From: Eledone cirrhosa
Taxonomy: Eukaryota
Length of the DNA: 64,000 nt
Reading direction: 5' to 3'
Assembly (NCBI GenBank): GCA_964016885.1
Contig: OZ024740.1
Span: 36,146,001 to 36,210,000, forward strand
A program made the translations under genes and the position numbers. Positions 53,201 through 64,000 of this stretch are shown here, piece after piece (position 1 is the first letter of the stretch; each line of letters begins with the position of its first letter). The notes under the pieces were generated by a model, which was given only the letters and a program-made list of their open reading frames with translations, was not told the DNA's origin and ran no database searches.

Positions 53201-53484
53201 TCGTGAGGATTGCCCCGCCCTCTTCCTTTAGCCGGGAAGGGCAGGATTTTTTTATCTGTCTGGTGGCCATGGCGAAAGAGATAGTATGGTGGACACGTTT
53301 GAAAGGGCTGAAGACGAGCACTTACCTCTTCGGTGATGCCCTGATTGATTTTATCAAATTTCATTTGAAAAAGAAAATCAGAGTAGAGAGGGAAGTGCTC
53401 TCTTCCCAGCATTTTGTTGAAAGATGGGTGAGAGAAGCAAGAATGGCCCGAGTGAATGGGCCTACTCTGAGTATGTATCTGTAA
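50280..53484 (+). pseudogene. Tx1 copy 2 ORF2 (APE-RT), disrupted
   Basis: MTSLRIGSINARGL, VYAP, CDWN, TDH, KSPGLDG, QGCPLS, YADD. Contains premature TGAs, frameshifts and a ~70-codon deletion near 51273 relative to copy 1. Confidence 0.92.
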
Positions 53485-53726
53485 ATTAAAGGTGGAAAAC
53501 TGGGAGAGGGCACTTGTCCTGGTGGTCAGGGTCACTGTAGTCTTTTAATGGGCTTTCTCCACAAATGTCTCTCGGAAGTCTCCCCCCTATTGGGGAATCT
53601 TTCTTTGTTATTTTATTACATCCTCTGTTTTTTTACACGCAGAAATGCCCATTTGTACCGTCCTGTATTGTCCTGTACTGTCCTTAATGTCTACTTTATG
53701 TAAACCCTTCTGGTTAATAAAGAAAA

Positions 53727-53727
<1 letters not shown>

Positions 53728-53772
<45 letters not shown>
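53728..53772. repeat. (ATT)15 tract shared as 3' boundary by Tx1 copy 2 (+) and the R4/Dong element (-)
   Basis: Read directly. Both elements terminate on it. Confidence 0.95.
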
Positions 53773-56700
53773 GTTCTTTGATTCTCATTCATTGATGTTA
53801 GTTAACTGGAAAGTTTGTTGAAATGAATATCAAGCCACTACCTGCAGCTTCAGATATTCAGGACGTATCGGAGGGTTCTTGCTGTTCCCAGCAAGCATGC
53901 CTTTTGAAGCGTTCCAAAAAGCGTGGCGGGGCCAATTTTCTTTAACCATCCCTGGAAACTTTTTGAGATAGAACCTAGTGCGCCTATGACAATCGGGACC
54001 ACTTTGACTTCATGGCAGTCCAAATCCTTTTTACCTCCTACTTTAAGTCCTGGTATCGGTTAATTTTCTCCCTCTCCTTCTCTTGCACTCTCGTGTCGAA
54101 TGGGCAGGCCACATCCACAATCAGGCACGATCTTTTTTCTTTGTCCAAAACCACCAGGTCAGGTGTATTGTGTTCCAGTTTCTTGTCCGTCTGTATCCTA
54201 AAATCCCACAGCACCTTCACCTGATCGTTTTCTATCACCGACTCTGGCTTATGCTCATACCACTTCTCAGAATGTGGTAAATTGTTTACTTTGCATAGGT
54301 GCCAGTGGATCACCCTGCCCATCACATCATGTCTCCAGCCCTTATAGTGAGTCTGGGCTAGGTGTTTACGCTCGGATACAATGTGAGCCACAGTCTCCCC
54401 TCTCTCTCCACAGATCCTGCATAGTGGGCTAGCCTCATCTTTGTAAATATGGTGTTTCAACCACTTCGTTTTGAGGGCCTGCTCTTGCGCAGCCATTAAC
54501 ATTCCTTCTGCAGCCTGTTTAAGGTCTCCTCTTTTCAACCAGTTCCATGTCTGTGGATCTCTGAATTCAGTTTTCTCAAAGAAGGTACTATGAAGGGATG
54601 TTTCATGAAGGCTGCTCTTTCTCCTTGTTGTTATTTGCTCCTTGGACATCCCCTGGTCTATTGTCCTCTCCTTCAGTACAGTTCTGAGCATTGGCTCCTT
54701 ACTATCAGTCACGTATTTGTGTAGGTTGTTTTTCTCCATCTGAACACAGTCCTCTATGCTGATAAGACCTCTTCCACCTTCAGATCTCCTTAAGTAGAGT
54801 CTATCGACATCACTCCTCTTGTGGAACATGTTGTAGATATTCAATAGCTTCCTTGTCTTCCTATCCATTTCTTTTTGTTCAGCAATATTCCATCTCAGAA
54901 TTCCCGCACTGTACCTAATAATAAACACAGCTCGTGAATTTACTGCTCTTATGGCATTCCTACTGTTCAGAAGTGACTTTAATACGCTCCTTACTCTCCG
55001 AATGTATTCAGATCTTATCAATTCCTTCATTTTTTTGTTCTTGATGTCATCAGCCTCCAGAACACCCAAATACTTGTATCCTTCTTCAGTGTCAATTTCC
55101 TTTATCATCTCACCTGTTGGTACCTGGATTCCGTTGCTTCTGCTCAATTTACCCCTCTTCATCACAAGGACTCCACACTTACTAATACCAAATTGCATAC
55201 ATATATCATTGCTGAAAATACGGACAGTGTCAACAAGCACATCCAACTCCTTCTCACTCTTCCCGAAGAGCCTAAGATCGTCCATGAAGAGGAGGTGATT
55301 GATGGTAAGCTCTCCCTTTCCCAACTTGTATCCTGTTCTCACTTTTCGCAGTATAATGGTCAGGGGCATCAGGGCAAGGACAAATAACACAGGGGACAGA
55401 CTATCTCCCTGGAAGATACCTCTCTTGATCTTCACGCCTCCCAAGGATTCTCCAGCTGATGTTAACTCTGTTTTCCAGGTCTTCATACTTTTGCCCAACA
55501 ACTGTCTGATGTTATCTGCCACCTTGAAGATCTCTAGGCTTTTGGTGATCCAAGAATGAGGCACCATGTCAAATGCCTTTTTGTAGTCTATCCATCCCAT
55601 GGCAAGACCAGTGTGTCTCCTCTTGCAATTCCTCATTACCATCTTATCAATAAGTAACTGGTACTTTGTACCACGGGACCTCTTTCGGCATCCTTTCTGT
55701 TCGTCCGGTAACAAGTTGTTTGTGTGGAGGTGATGGTAGATTTCCTCAGACATAATGCTTGTCAACAGTTTCCACATTACGGACAGACATGTGATAGGTC
55801 TATAGTTGGTAACATCATTACCCTTGATTCGGTCTTTCATTACCAGAACTGTGGTACCTTTTGTCAACCACTCTGGTACCTCACCTGACATCAAGCAGTC
55901 ATTGAACATGGTTGTCAGTTTCGGGTGGAGGGATGTTATATTTTTAATCCAATACCCCTGCACACCATCTGGGCCTGGTGATTTCCAGTTGGTTAGTTTT
56001 TTGGCCTGCCCCTTAAGAGTTTCAACTGTGATACTCAAATCAGTTTGTTGGTGTGCCTGTTCACTAATCTCCTTTTGTACTGTCTCAATCCACACTGCCT
56101 GGGCATTATGTTTAACATCCTGCTCCCATATTCCTCTCCAGAATGTCTTAGTTTGTTCCGCCTCAAGGATCAAGTCGTTGCCTCTTTCTTTCCCTTCAAG
56201 CTGTCCAAACAGCATCTTCTGGTTGTTGTCAAACATGCGGTTCTGTCTATACTGACTGACTCTGCTCTCGTATTGCCTAATTTTTGCACTCTTTGCTACA
56301 ATGCGTTGCTTCAGTTCCTCTATGATAATATTTAGCTTTCTCCTCCTAGTTTTGTACTTTATTTCCAGTCTATTTTTAGTGTCTATGTTTTTTAGTGTCC
56401 CATTCAGTAGGGACTCAGCTTTCCAATGTCATTTCTCATTTCCCTGATTTGACCATTCAGTCGTTTCTTCCACCAAGGATTTGATCTTTCTTGTTTGTTG
56501 TTTCCTCTCGCTTTTATACCAAGTAATTTTCTCACCGCATTTGCTGTTGCTTTGAGGATATTGTTGCACTGGTGAAGGCTACTCGCCTCAAGGTATGGGA
56601 TGACTTTGTTTACCTTAGCTCTTGTTTCTTTTAACTTTTTCCTGTCTACAAATCTTAGGTTCATAGGTTTCCCACTATCATTGTTCAATTCATCTACCAC

Positions 56701-57365
56701 TAAGTTTAGGATATCAACCAAATCTTGTCCTAGCCCGTCAGCATTCATCTCCTCAATGGCCGTATCTTTGTTCCAGGTATTATTTATTTCAGCATTCAGA
56801 TCATTGTCTGCTTCGGATGGTTCCTCCGTTCTCTCAACCTCTTCACCTTCATTTCCTACTGGCTCGTTTGCCTGGCATACTCCACTCTCCATTTCCAACC
56901 TAATCTCTCTGCTCAGTTCCTCCAGTTCCAGCTCGCTTATCCACCCATTAGTTCTTATTACCCGAGCCTGCCCGGCCAATTTTTGTTCATCTAATTTAAA
57001 TAGACCAATCTCGTTCCAGATGTTATGCATCCGTTTCCTATAGCCTTTCTCCTTGGGGTTACTCTTCAGGTAACATTGCATAACAGTTTTATTCAATTCT
57101 TTCGTCCAGTTGGTTCTGGCCCCTTTCCTTCTTCTTCTTCCTCCGACACCAGCTTTATTTGGTTGACAGCCAGGTCCCTGCTGCTGAGCCAGGGAGCACC
57201 TGCTGGGTGAGAGTCTGTCACATGACATTCCAGTCTCCACTTCACCGTTATTCGAACTGTTTAGGTTCGACATTTAAACACTCTTATCGAGGATTGGTGA
57301 ATGTATGGTTACATAACCACCGGTGATTTCATCACTCCCGGTGATTTTTGTGTGGCACTATCACG
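53773..57365 (-). mobile_element. R4/Dong-clade non-LTR retrotransposon (RT + restriction-like endonuclease)
   Basis: Single-ORF layout, short 3'UTR running into (TAA)n on its sense strand. The 5' boundary is uncertain and may extend to 58211. Confidence 0.9.
53850..57273 (-). pseudogene. R4/Dong ORF (~1140 codons) with a few disruptions
   Basis: N-terminal WTKELNKTVMQCY...RKRMHNIW block. RT motifs NWKSPGPDG, YRPITCL, WIDYKKAFD, GIFQGDSLSP, LFMDD. C-terminal CRIC..ETVAHI, RHD, PDLVV..IVDVACP (PD-D/E RLE), VPIVIGALG. Frameshift near 56410, TAG at 54038 and frameshift near 54018. Confidence 0.92.
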
Positions 57366-58211
57366 CTGTAGACGAACATAAATAAACAACAAACAAATAG
57401 ATAAAAAAAAAAAAAAAAGAATAAGCATAAGTTTCATTGTAATGTAATGTTTGAATGTCTGACTTAGTTTTTCCCTTCCCTTCCCTTCTCTGTCTGTCTG
57501 TTTGTTTTTCTTTTCATTTTTCTTTTCTTTACGTTTTTCGTTGTTGCTGTGCTGCTTTGATTTTGATTTTTGTTTTTTTAAATATTTTAACCGGGTCATC
57601 AAATCAGTCTATTTATATCTTTTGATGCCTTCCTCTTTTAGTGGGGACACTACGATGCATGTCTTAGCAGGAGGTAGTGGGAGAGAATAGCGGCGGTAGT
57701 GATAATGAGGCAGTGGTGGTGGTGGTGGTGGTGCTGTGCTAGTAGTACTTAGTAAGAGGTAGTGGGAGAGAATAGCGGCGGTAGCGATAATGAGGCAGTG
57801 GTGGTGGTGATATGATCGTAGTACTGTAGTGATGGTGTTGAAGTTGAAGTAGAAATAGAAGTTGAGGTAACTTGACTAGAGTTTTTAGCGTGGTAGTGGT
57901 GGTGGTGTTGGTGGTGAAATTATTTTTCTGTCTGTCCACTTAGCCATTTAGCTATTTAGCTATTTAGCCATTTTGCCATTTTCCTCCTTTTCGACTATAA
58001 CATTTCTGATCCAAAATTAAATATTAAATATTGGGGCCCTATGCCGTAAAGTAATGCGTTATGGCTTGCTGAACGGGAAAACTGTAATCTTATTGTTCAT
58101 TTGTAATAAGAATTATTCTATCACAGTTGTTTTAAAGAAGTAAAAATCAAAAACTTACGGAAGCGATTCCATAACGATATATATCCACCATGTGCGTTTT
58201 CTTCCCTTCCC
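57366..58211 (-). mobile_element. Tx1-like 5' leader with low-complexity ORF1-like remnant, directly upstream of the Dong ORF
   Basis: Begins right after (AAT)n. TGGAATCGCTTCCGTAAGTTTTTG resembles TGGAATATCGCCGGTAAGTTTTTTG of copy 1, and GGGCCCCAATATTTAA resembles GAGCCCAAAATTTAAA of copy 2. Thr/Pro- and Lys-rich frames follow. Confidence 0.5.
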
Positions 58212-58238
58212 ATTATTATTATTATTATTATTATTATT
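58212..58238. repeat. (ATT)9 tract
   Basis: Read directly. Confidence 0.97.
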
Positions 58239-58877
58239 GGTGGCGTGGTGGGAAACCGTCCTGCACGCACTCGTCCAGTGTCCGAGCATTGCTGACTTGT
58301 GGGTTTATGTCGAACACCTGCTGTTGCGTGTAGGACGGATCCAGCTATCAGCTGAGTCCATCGCGAGGATTGCCCCGCCCTCTTCCTTTAGCCGGGAAGG
58401 GCAGGCAGTTTTTATCTGTCTGGTGGCCATGGCGAAAGAGATAGTATGGTGGACACGTTTAAAAGGGCTGAAGACGAGCACTTACCTCTTCGGTGATGCC
58501 CTGATTAACTTTTTCAAATTTCATTTAAAAATGAAAACAGGGGAGAAAGGGAAGTGCTCTCTTCCCAGCATTTTGTTGAAAGATGGGTGAGAGAGGCAAG
58601 AATGGCCCGAGTGAATGGGCCTACTCTGAGTATGTGTCTGTAAATTAAAGGTGGAAAACTGGGAGAGGGCACTTGCCCTGGTGGTCAGGGTCACTGTGGA
58701 TTTTTAATGGGCTTTCTCCACGAATGTCCCTCGGAAGTCTCCCCCCTATTGGGGAATTTTTTCATTGTTCTATTATTACATCCTCTGTTTCTTGTTTTTT
58801 ACACGCAGAAATGCCCATTTGTACCGCCCCATATTGTCCTGTACTGTCCTTAATGTCTACTTTATGTAGACCCTTCT
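58239..58877 (+). mobile_element. 5'-truncated Tx1 (copy 3), same family as copy 2
   Basis: 58252-58877 aligns closely with 53092-53711. It carries 13 extra nt (GGTGGCGTGGTGG) at the 5' junction and ends in (CTT)n instead of AATAAA/(ATT)n. Confidence 0.93.
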
Positions 58878-58899
58878 CTTCTTCTTCTTCTTCTTCTGT

Positions 58900-59215
58900 C
58901 ATAACAGTGACCGAATTTATTGACTTTGCTGCGACTTTTCGCGCCTGCCCGTACCGCAAGTACAAAAAAGAGGACTTATTTCCAAGCAAAGCTTTGTAAG
59001 TTCCCTTATTTGCTCGGATCGCATCTTTGACCATTTGATTGAACCAAGGAGTTTTCCTGCCACGCGGCGCCACATTGAACCGATTTCGGCCGTAGTGTTT
59101 AACAGCTAAAGCAAAAACAGCCGAGCTGAACAGTTTCCAGTCCGTTTCAACGTTAGCTTGCTCAGAGAGTTCTCTGAATTTGAATGCAATAATATTTGCA
59201 CACCTAGTCCTGACC
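58900..59215 (-). pseudogene. RTE-type LINE fragment (endonuclease-RT linker)
   Basis: NVETDWKLFSSAV...GRNR...KTPWFNQMVKDAIRANKGTYKALL...RYGQARKVAA matches the RTE linker pattern EW..F......CG....TPWWN.EVK.AI..KK..Y...RK.A. Confidence 0.7.
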
Positions 59216-59769
59216 TTAATAGTTTTGCAGTGGTGTCCGGGGAATGGCGGCAAGATGTGACTATACTGTCATCTGCCTATTTTTGGAGGGTGGTGGTGGT
59301 GGTGAGGGAGGTAGGTAATGTAAATATAAGTTAAAAATAGTGTCGATGTGGGTGGAACGGATCTGATATGTTCGAGAAGTATCAAATTATAGATATATTG
59401 TTTGGTGACCATAAAGATAGTTTGATATAAATCCTTTTATGTTGTTTTCTACGGAAGTGGTGAGTATTTTTTGACGCTATTTTGTAGTTCCCGTGGCCGC
59501 ATAGATGTCCTATTCGTTCGCTTGATAAGCTAATGATGCTAGAAATGGTAGCTTTGACGTTGATATTGGTGACAATAGTAGTGAAATTACTAATGGTAGT
59601 GTTGGAGATGTGGTTGGTACTGCTGCTTATGACATTACCGATGTAGTTACGGATTAATGAATCTATGTTAGAGGATTCAAAACTGGCATTAAGTTCTTGT
59701 TTTTGCTTATTTCCAGTCGAACAATTTTCAGCTTTTCTTGCACATGCTTTGCTTAATCCTTCTAAAATA

Positions 59770-60780
59770 TGTTAGGTTTACAGATTTACTGCTCGACTTG
59801 CAGTTGGATCAACAATTAAGCAAAATAATCAGGTCCTAGGAGGTGGGCACAATATGGTTGACGAGAGAATGCATTGGAACCGCCTGAAAGAAGGGGCACA
59901 AGACCAGTCAGATCAAAGAGGCAGAGGCCACTATAGTGGCGGTAGAAAAGGGAGAGAAATGATAGAGAACATTTGTTGGCCAGATGTTGAGTGTGACTTC
60001 ATGTCAATCAATCGAGTGACCTTTATCTGGGTGTGATTTATGATGACTGTGCGTGGACGCAGTAGCAACACTCCAGATGTGAGTGGAGAACATTATTGAA
60101 GATCTCACCCGAGTTTTGTAGAAGGTAATTTTTGTTGAAGGCTAAAGCATTTTAGGCTCTGAAGAGAAAAGTCAGTCTTTGAGATTTAGTTAAGAATTAC
60201 ATTTGCCAGGAGACATACTCAGTGGAAGTACAATTTAATACTTAAAGCTAACACGAGGGCACTAGCTATACGAATATGGTTTTATGTTATGTGTAGTACT
60301 TCTGATTTTTTTTCTATTGAAGGAGACAAGATAAATGTCATATCATCAGAAAATGTTTTCATGGAATCCACGCAGATTCAGCAGGAGGTGTATAGTTTGT
60401 AAGTAAATGATGCTTGAGTGCGAGAGAAGTGGCGGCAAATAATTCAGTGATGTATAGAAGGAAAGGTATGGGGAAAAAAACCATGCTAAATACCAGAGTT
60501 GATATAATATGTGTCAAAGTGAGCTCTTTCAACAAGTGCCTCGATAATACAGTTTTATAGAAAAACACCGATCCCATAGATTAGAGACGAACAAAGCCCA
60601 TGGGGTTGCAGTTTTTGCAGGATATTTGACAAGATATTTGTGTGTCAAACACGTTTAAAACCTTTGATGGTGTCCAGTACATCAACATTGCATTCATACA
60701 ATTTTTCGATTGCGAGAACCGAAAAGCGAGTGCCATAAGTATGTCTTCAGTATAGTTAGCTTTGAGAAACCCGCATTATT
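59770..60780 (-). pseudogene. Heavily decayed LINE reverse transcriptase (Jockey/CR1-type)
   Basis: Minus-strand remnants in the correct order: VLDTIKGFKRV*H (~60643-60681, cf. ALDISKAFDRVWH), PIPFLLYITEL (cf. PTLFLLYINDL), FSDD (60342-60353) and SHIWS. Boundaries are approximate. Confidence 0.65.
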
Positions 60781-60854
60781 TATCATATTAATAAAGGAGA
60801 CAGAGAGAGAGGGAGGGAGCGAGAGAGTGCGAGAGAGAGAAGGTTGAATGAGAG

Positions 60855-60915
60855 AGAAGAAGAAGAAGAAGAAGAAGAAGAAGAAGAAGAAGAAGAAGAA
60901 GAAGAAGAAGAAGAA
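60855..60915. repeat. (GAA)n microsatellite
   Basis: Read directly. Confidence 0.97.
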
Positions 60916-61102
60916 AAAAGAGTTAAGTAGTTAAAGTAGGTAGTTGTTAATGGCTGTACATTTGAGATATTGGAAGTGAGTACGACATAACATCAGTTGG
61001 TAGGGTTAAAAAGAAGGCCCTTCATGTGATTGGGACACAAAAAATTGGGATATATCCTTGGAAAGAGAGAAAATAGAGAGAGAAAGTGAGTGAGAGAGAG
61101 GG

Positions 61103-61109
<7 letters not shown>

Positions 61110-61181
<72 letters not shown>
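61110..61181. repeat. (GA)n microsatellite
   Basis: Read directly. Confidence 0.97.
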
Positions 61182-61182
<1 letters not shown>

Positions 61183-61183
<1 letters not shown>

Positions 61184-61295
61184 CAAATTTGTCAGAGTTG
61201 CTAGAACGTCAGATAGAATGCTTTGTGATATTCATTCCGGCTCTCTGCCCTCTTAATTCAAATCCGAGGTCAACTTTGCCTTTTATCCCTTCGAT
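61183..61295 (+). mobile_element. Older, diverged SINE fragment related to the 3478 family
   Basis: TTCAAATCCGAGGTCAACTTTGCCTTTTATCCCTTCG resembles the SINE core. Confidence 0.65.
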
Positions 61296-61345
61296 TACCA
61301 TTCAAGGACTGGGGACGATTCTTCCACTCTATCTCTTTCTCATTA

Positions 61346-61478
61346 TTGGCAGTATCGGTTTGAGTTCAAATCCCGCTGAGGTTAACTTTGCCTTTCATCC
61401 TTACGGGGTCGATAAAATAAAATACCAGTAATACACTGGGATAATTGCTGGCCTTTTGCCAAAAGTAGAAACAATTAT
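61346..61478 (+). mobile_element. SINE (3478 family) with an internal deletion in the head
   Basis: TTGGCAGTATCGGT is fused to TTGAGTTCAAATCCC, a deletion between two TCGGT microhomologies. Same core and AGAAACAATTAT end. Confidence 0.88.
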
Positions 61479-61626
61479 TTCTCTAACACACTCCCTCTCT
61501 TTCTCTGCAAGAAATCGACTGTATACAGATTTGGAGAGAGGATGAGCTACACCAGATTTTATAATGCCAAAATCTCACTGTATGTCACTATGCCTCCCCT
61601 ACGATACCAGCAGGAGTTACGGGTCC

Positions 61627-61637
61627 ACACACACACA

Positions 61638-61720
<83 letters not shown>
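61627..61720. repeat. (CA)n/(TA)n microsatellite
   Basis: Read directly. Confidence 0.95.
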
Positions 61721-61750
61721 CTTTATACATAGTATATATATTTTATATAT

Positions 61751-61819
61751 ATATTTAATATAGAAATGGCTTCTACAAGACTAGAAATCATCTGTAAAAG
61801 CCATTTCTATATTAAATAT
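61751..61819. repeat. 27-bp inverted repeat (hairpin)
   Basis: ATATTTAATATAGAAATGGCTT(C)TACA ... TGTA(A)AAGCCATTTCTATATTAAATAT. Confidence 0.85.
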
Positions 61820-61886
61820 TTATACTCTGCAATGTATTGAGTACCTTACTTACTGTGGTTACCCCCGATTGAACCCGGGATAAACT

Positions 61887-61917
<31 letters not shown>

Positions 61918-61928
61918 ATATATATATA

Positions 61929-61964
<36 letters not shown>

Positions 61965-62734
61965 GTGGAAAGCTAGAGGAGAGAGAGGGAGAGAGATTGA
62001 AGAGTTTAATTGGTTAGGGACTAGTTCTGGGGCACATTGTTTGAAAGTAATGAAAGAGATATTATGAGGCTAGGTGGGCTTGTTAGTTTGAAGCAGCCGG
62101 AGGTACCTTCACTGTTGGTGTGTATGTGTAGCCACTCGTTAGCAGTGGTGTAGTGGAAGGGGACAATTAAGGGGGTAGATTTATTATATACAGTTGAATA
62201 CAAACCGATGTGTTGGAAATTGGACATGAATAAACGATAAGTAAGAATCTTTTTCTTTCACGAGTCATCAAATTATGCTTGAATAAATAATGGGTCATTG
62301 TCAATATCAGATCGAATTAATTTGACAAAGGATTTTTATCTGATTGTTTGTTGCTGTCAATAGATGAGGATTAATTAGCTGTGCTCTGTGCTATATTTCC
62401 TAGATGTGCTAATTGAAAGAAAACCGTAGCAAAGTACGCTGTTTGGGCATTTGATACGTTATTTTCCAATGATTGGACAGACTGAGTCTTTATAAATATA
62501 TGTTTAACAATGCTTTTAAAAGCTTTTTAGGGATAGATATTGATCAATTTCACTTGAAATCGAATCCAATCGCTTACTGAATTGATGACATATCACGTAA
62601 ATATCGGCAGATTCGCCGGGTTCCGCTGACTCAATTTGTTTTCAAACAAATTTCTTTCTTTGTGTGTAAATATCAAACTTTGATTTCATTTTAGATTAGT
62701 TGTTGACAACATGACCGAGTAAAACTACTTCTGG

Positions 62735-63000
62735 GTAGATGTTAAATACACTTACTGCACAGTATCGTGTGGTATACTACTGTAGACTTACCATACTATT
62801 GTACACTTACTGCAGAGTCTCACGTCATACATTATTGTAGATGTTAGTACACTTACTGTAGAGTATCACGTGATACACTATTGTATATGTTAAATACACT
62901 TTCTGTAGAATCTATTGTAGATGTTCGAAACATCTACTGTAGAATCTGACGTGATACATTATTGTAGATGTTAAGTAAACTCACGTAGAGTCTCACATGG
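62735..63000 (+). repeat. Degenerate ~46-50 bp tandem repeat
   Basis: Recurrent ATTGTAGATGTTAAATACACTTACTGCAGAGTCTCACGTGATACA-like units. Confidence 0.75.
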
Positions 63001-63404
63001 TACCGTAAGATGAATAACCTTCATTAAGTGAGATTGTCAAAGTAATTAGTAGATAAAAAAAATCTATCTTTGGCTGTTTAAAATCTAAAAAAACAAGCAA
63101 CTACAGATAACCGAAATTTTAGGCAAGTAAAACGCTACAAATGTGAGTGTATCTTGGATTTAGAGTTTACGTTGTTGATTGATATTTTCCCATTTAATTA
63201 ATCATGTAGAACATAGAGGTTTCATAAACAAAGTAAGTTACTTCGAAGTGGTTGATTAAATGTTGTGTGGTTGATTCAATTAATTACCCAACAGATAAGA
63301 TAAAAAGAAGCGATCGATTTTCGTCAAATCGGACCAAGGAAACAATGTTTTCGCCGGTCTTTCCAGTTGCTAATACTATCTATCGATCGCAACTAAAGGT
63401 AGAA

Positions 63405-63479
63405 GGAGCAACGTGAAATAAAGTGTCTTGCTCAAGGACATAACGCATCGGCCGGTCCAGGAATCGAACTCACAACCTC
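63405..63479 (-). mobile_element. tRNA-SINE fragment with CORE-like motif
   Basis: Minus strand has B box GAGTTCGATTCC followed by TGTCCTTGAGCAAGACACTTTA. Confidence 0.7.
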
Positions 63480-64000
63480 AAATCCCTTGCCGTCCTCCGG
63501 GGAAACGCCCTCTCCATTCTGTCCGCCAGGGCTGTGGGGAGATAAGCCGATTATATTACGAATTCTGTTGAATAGTCTTAAATACGATTAAGAAGTTTCA
63601 GATTTTACAATAAGGAACCGAAGTATAAAGGGGTATCATATACAACTCAATGAAACATGCTGGATAAGTCAGGCTCTTATATTAAAGGAACAATTTCACT
63701 TTGCTTAGATTGTGAATCCAATCTTAGATAAGATATTGTACTTTTTTAATGGAGATTATCATTTGTCATTAGTTATATAAAAATCAACAAATATTTTTGT
63801 GTGCTTCTTCCATGTTGATAATGTAGATAAATCATTTGTGGGAATTGTTAAATGTTTCGAGATGATAGTTAATTCTTCTTTATCATAAATAGGTTTTTTT
63901 CTTAAAATATATTTAAGGCTTTCGGAAATGATAAGAGAAGCCTAAGTAAGCAAATATAAACAATAAACAAAAAAATGGGATAAATGCAAGATAAGACATA

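Larger units (their letters stand above)
48143..53727 (+). mobile_element. Full-length but decayed Tx1-clade LINE (copy 2, different subfamily)
   Basis: ORF1 and ORF2 remnants are collinear with copy 1. AATAAA at 53716-53721. (ATT)n on both sides. Confidence 0.93.

Noticed and set aside
57312-57356. HDV-like or hammerhead ribozyme in the Dong 5'UTR (nested CACCGG/CCGGTG and TGAT/ATCA pairings)
   Set aside because: A hairpin is plausible, but I could not assign the nested double pseudoknot or a CUGANGA/GAAA core by eye.
58192-58590. Secreted protein with a poly-Leu signal peptide (132 aa ORF)
   Set aside because: The poly-Leu is the (ATT)9 tract read in frame with the truncated Tx1 ORF2 tail.

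Overview
Eukaryotic, gene-free, repeat-dominated window. The SINE, Penelope and (TA)n landscape resembles octopod cephalopod DNA, but the taxon is my inference. No host protein-coding gene, tRNA, rRNA or CRISPR array is supported. About half the window is a 59-bp satellite (~550 monomers, 5177-43508) with nested higher-order duplications. A nearly intact 5.8-kb Tx1/L1-type LINE interrupts it (ORF2 open, ORF1 broken by one homopolymer indel). The two flanks of the satellite appear to join into one decayed Penelope-like GIY-YIG C-terminus followed by a pLTR with a minimal hammerhead motif, which suggests the satellite was born inside that element. At 48.1-58.9 kb three retrotransposons are strung along (ATT)n tracts: a full-length decayed Tx1 (+), an R4/Dong RLE element (-) with a Tx1-like 5' leader, and a 5'-truncated Tx1 (+). 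The remainder is SINEs, an LTR remnant, hAT, RTE and Jockey/CR1-type fossils, fold-back hairpins and microsatellites. All family assignments come from reading motifs by eye, not from database searches.
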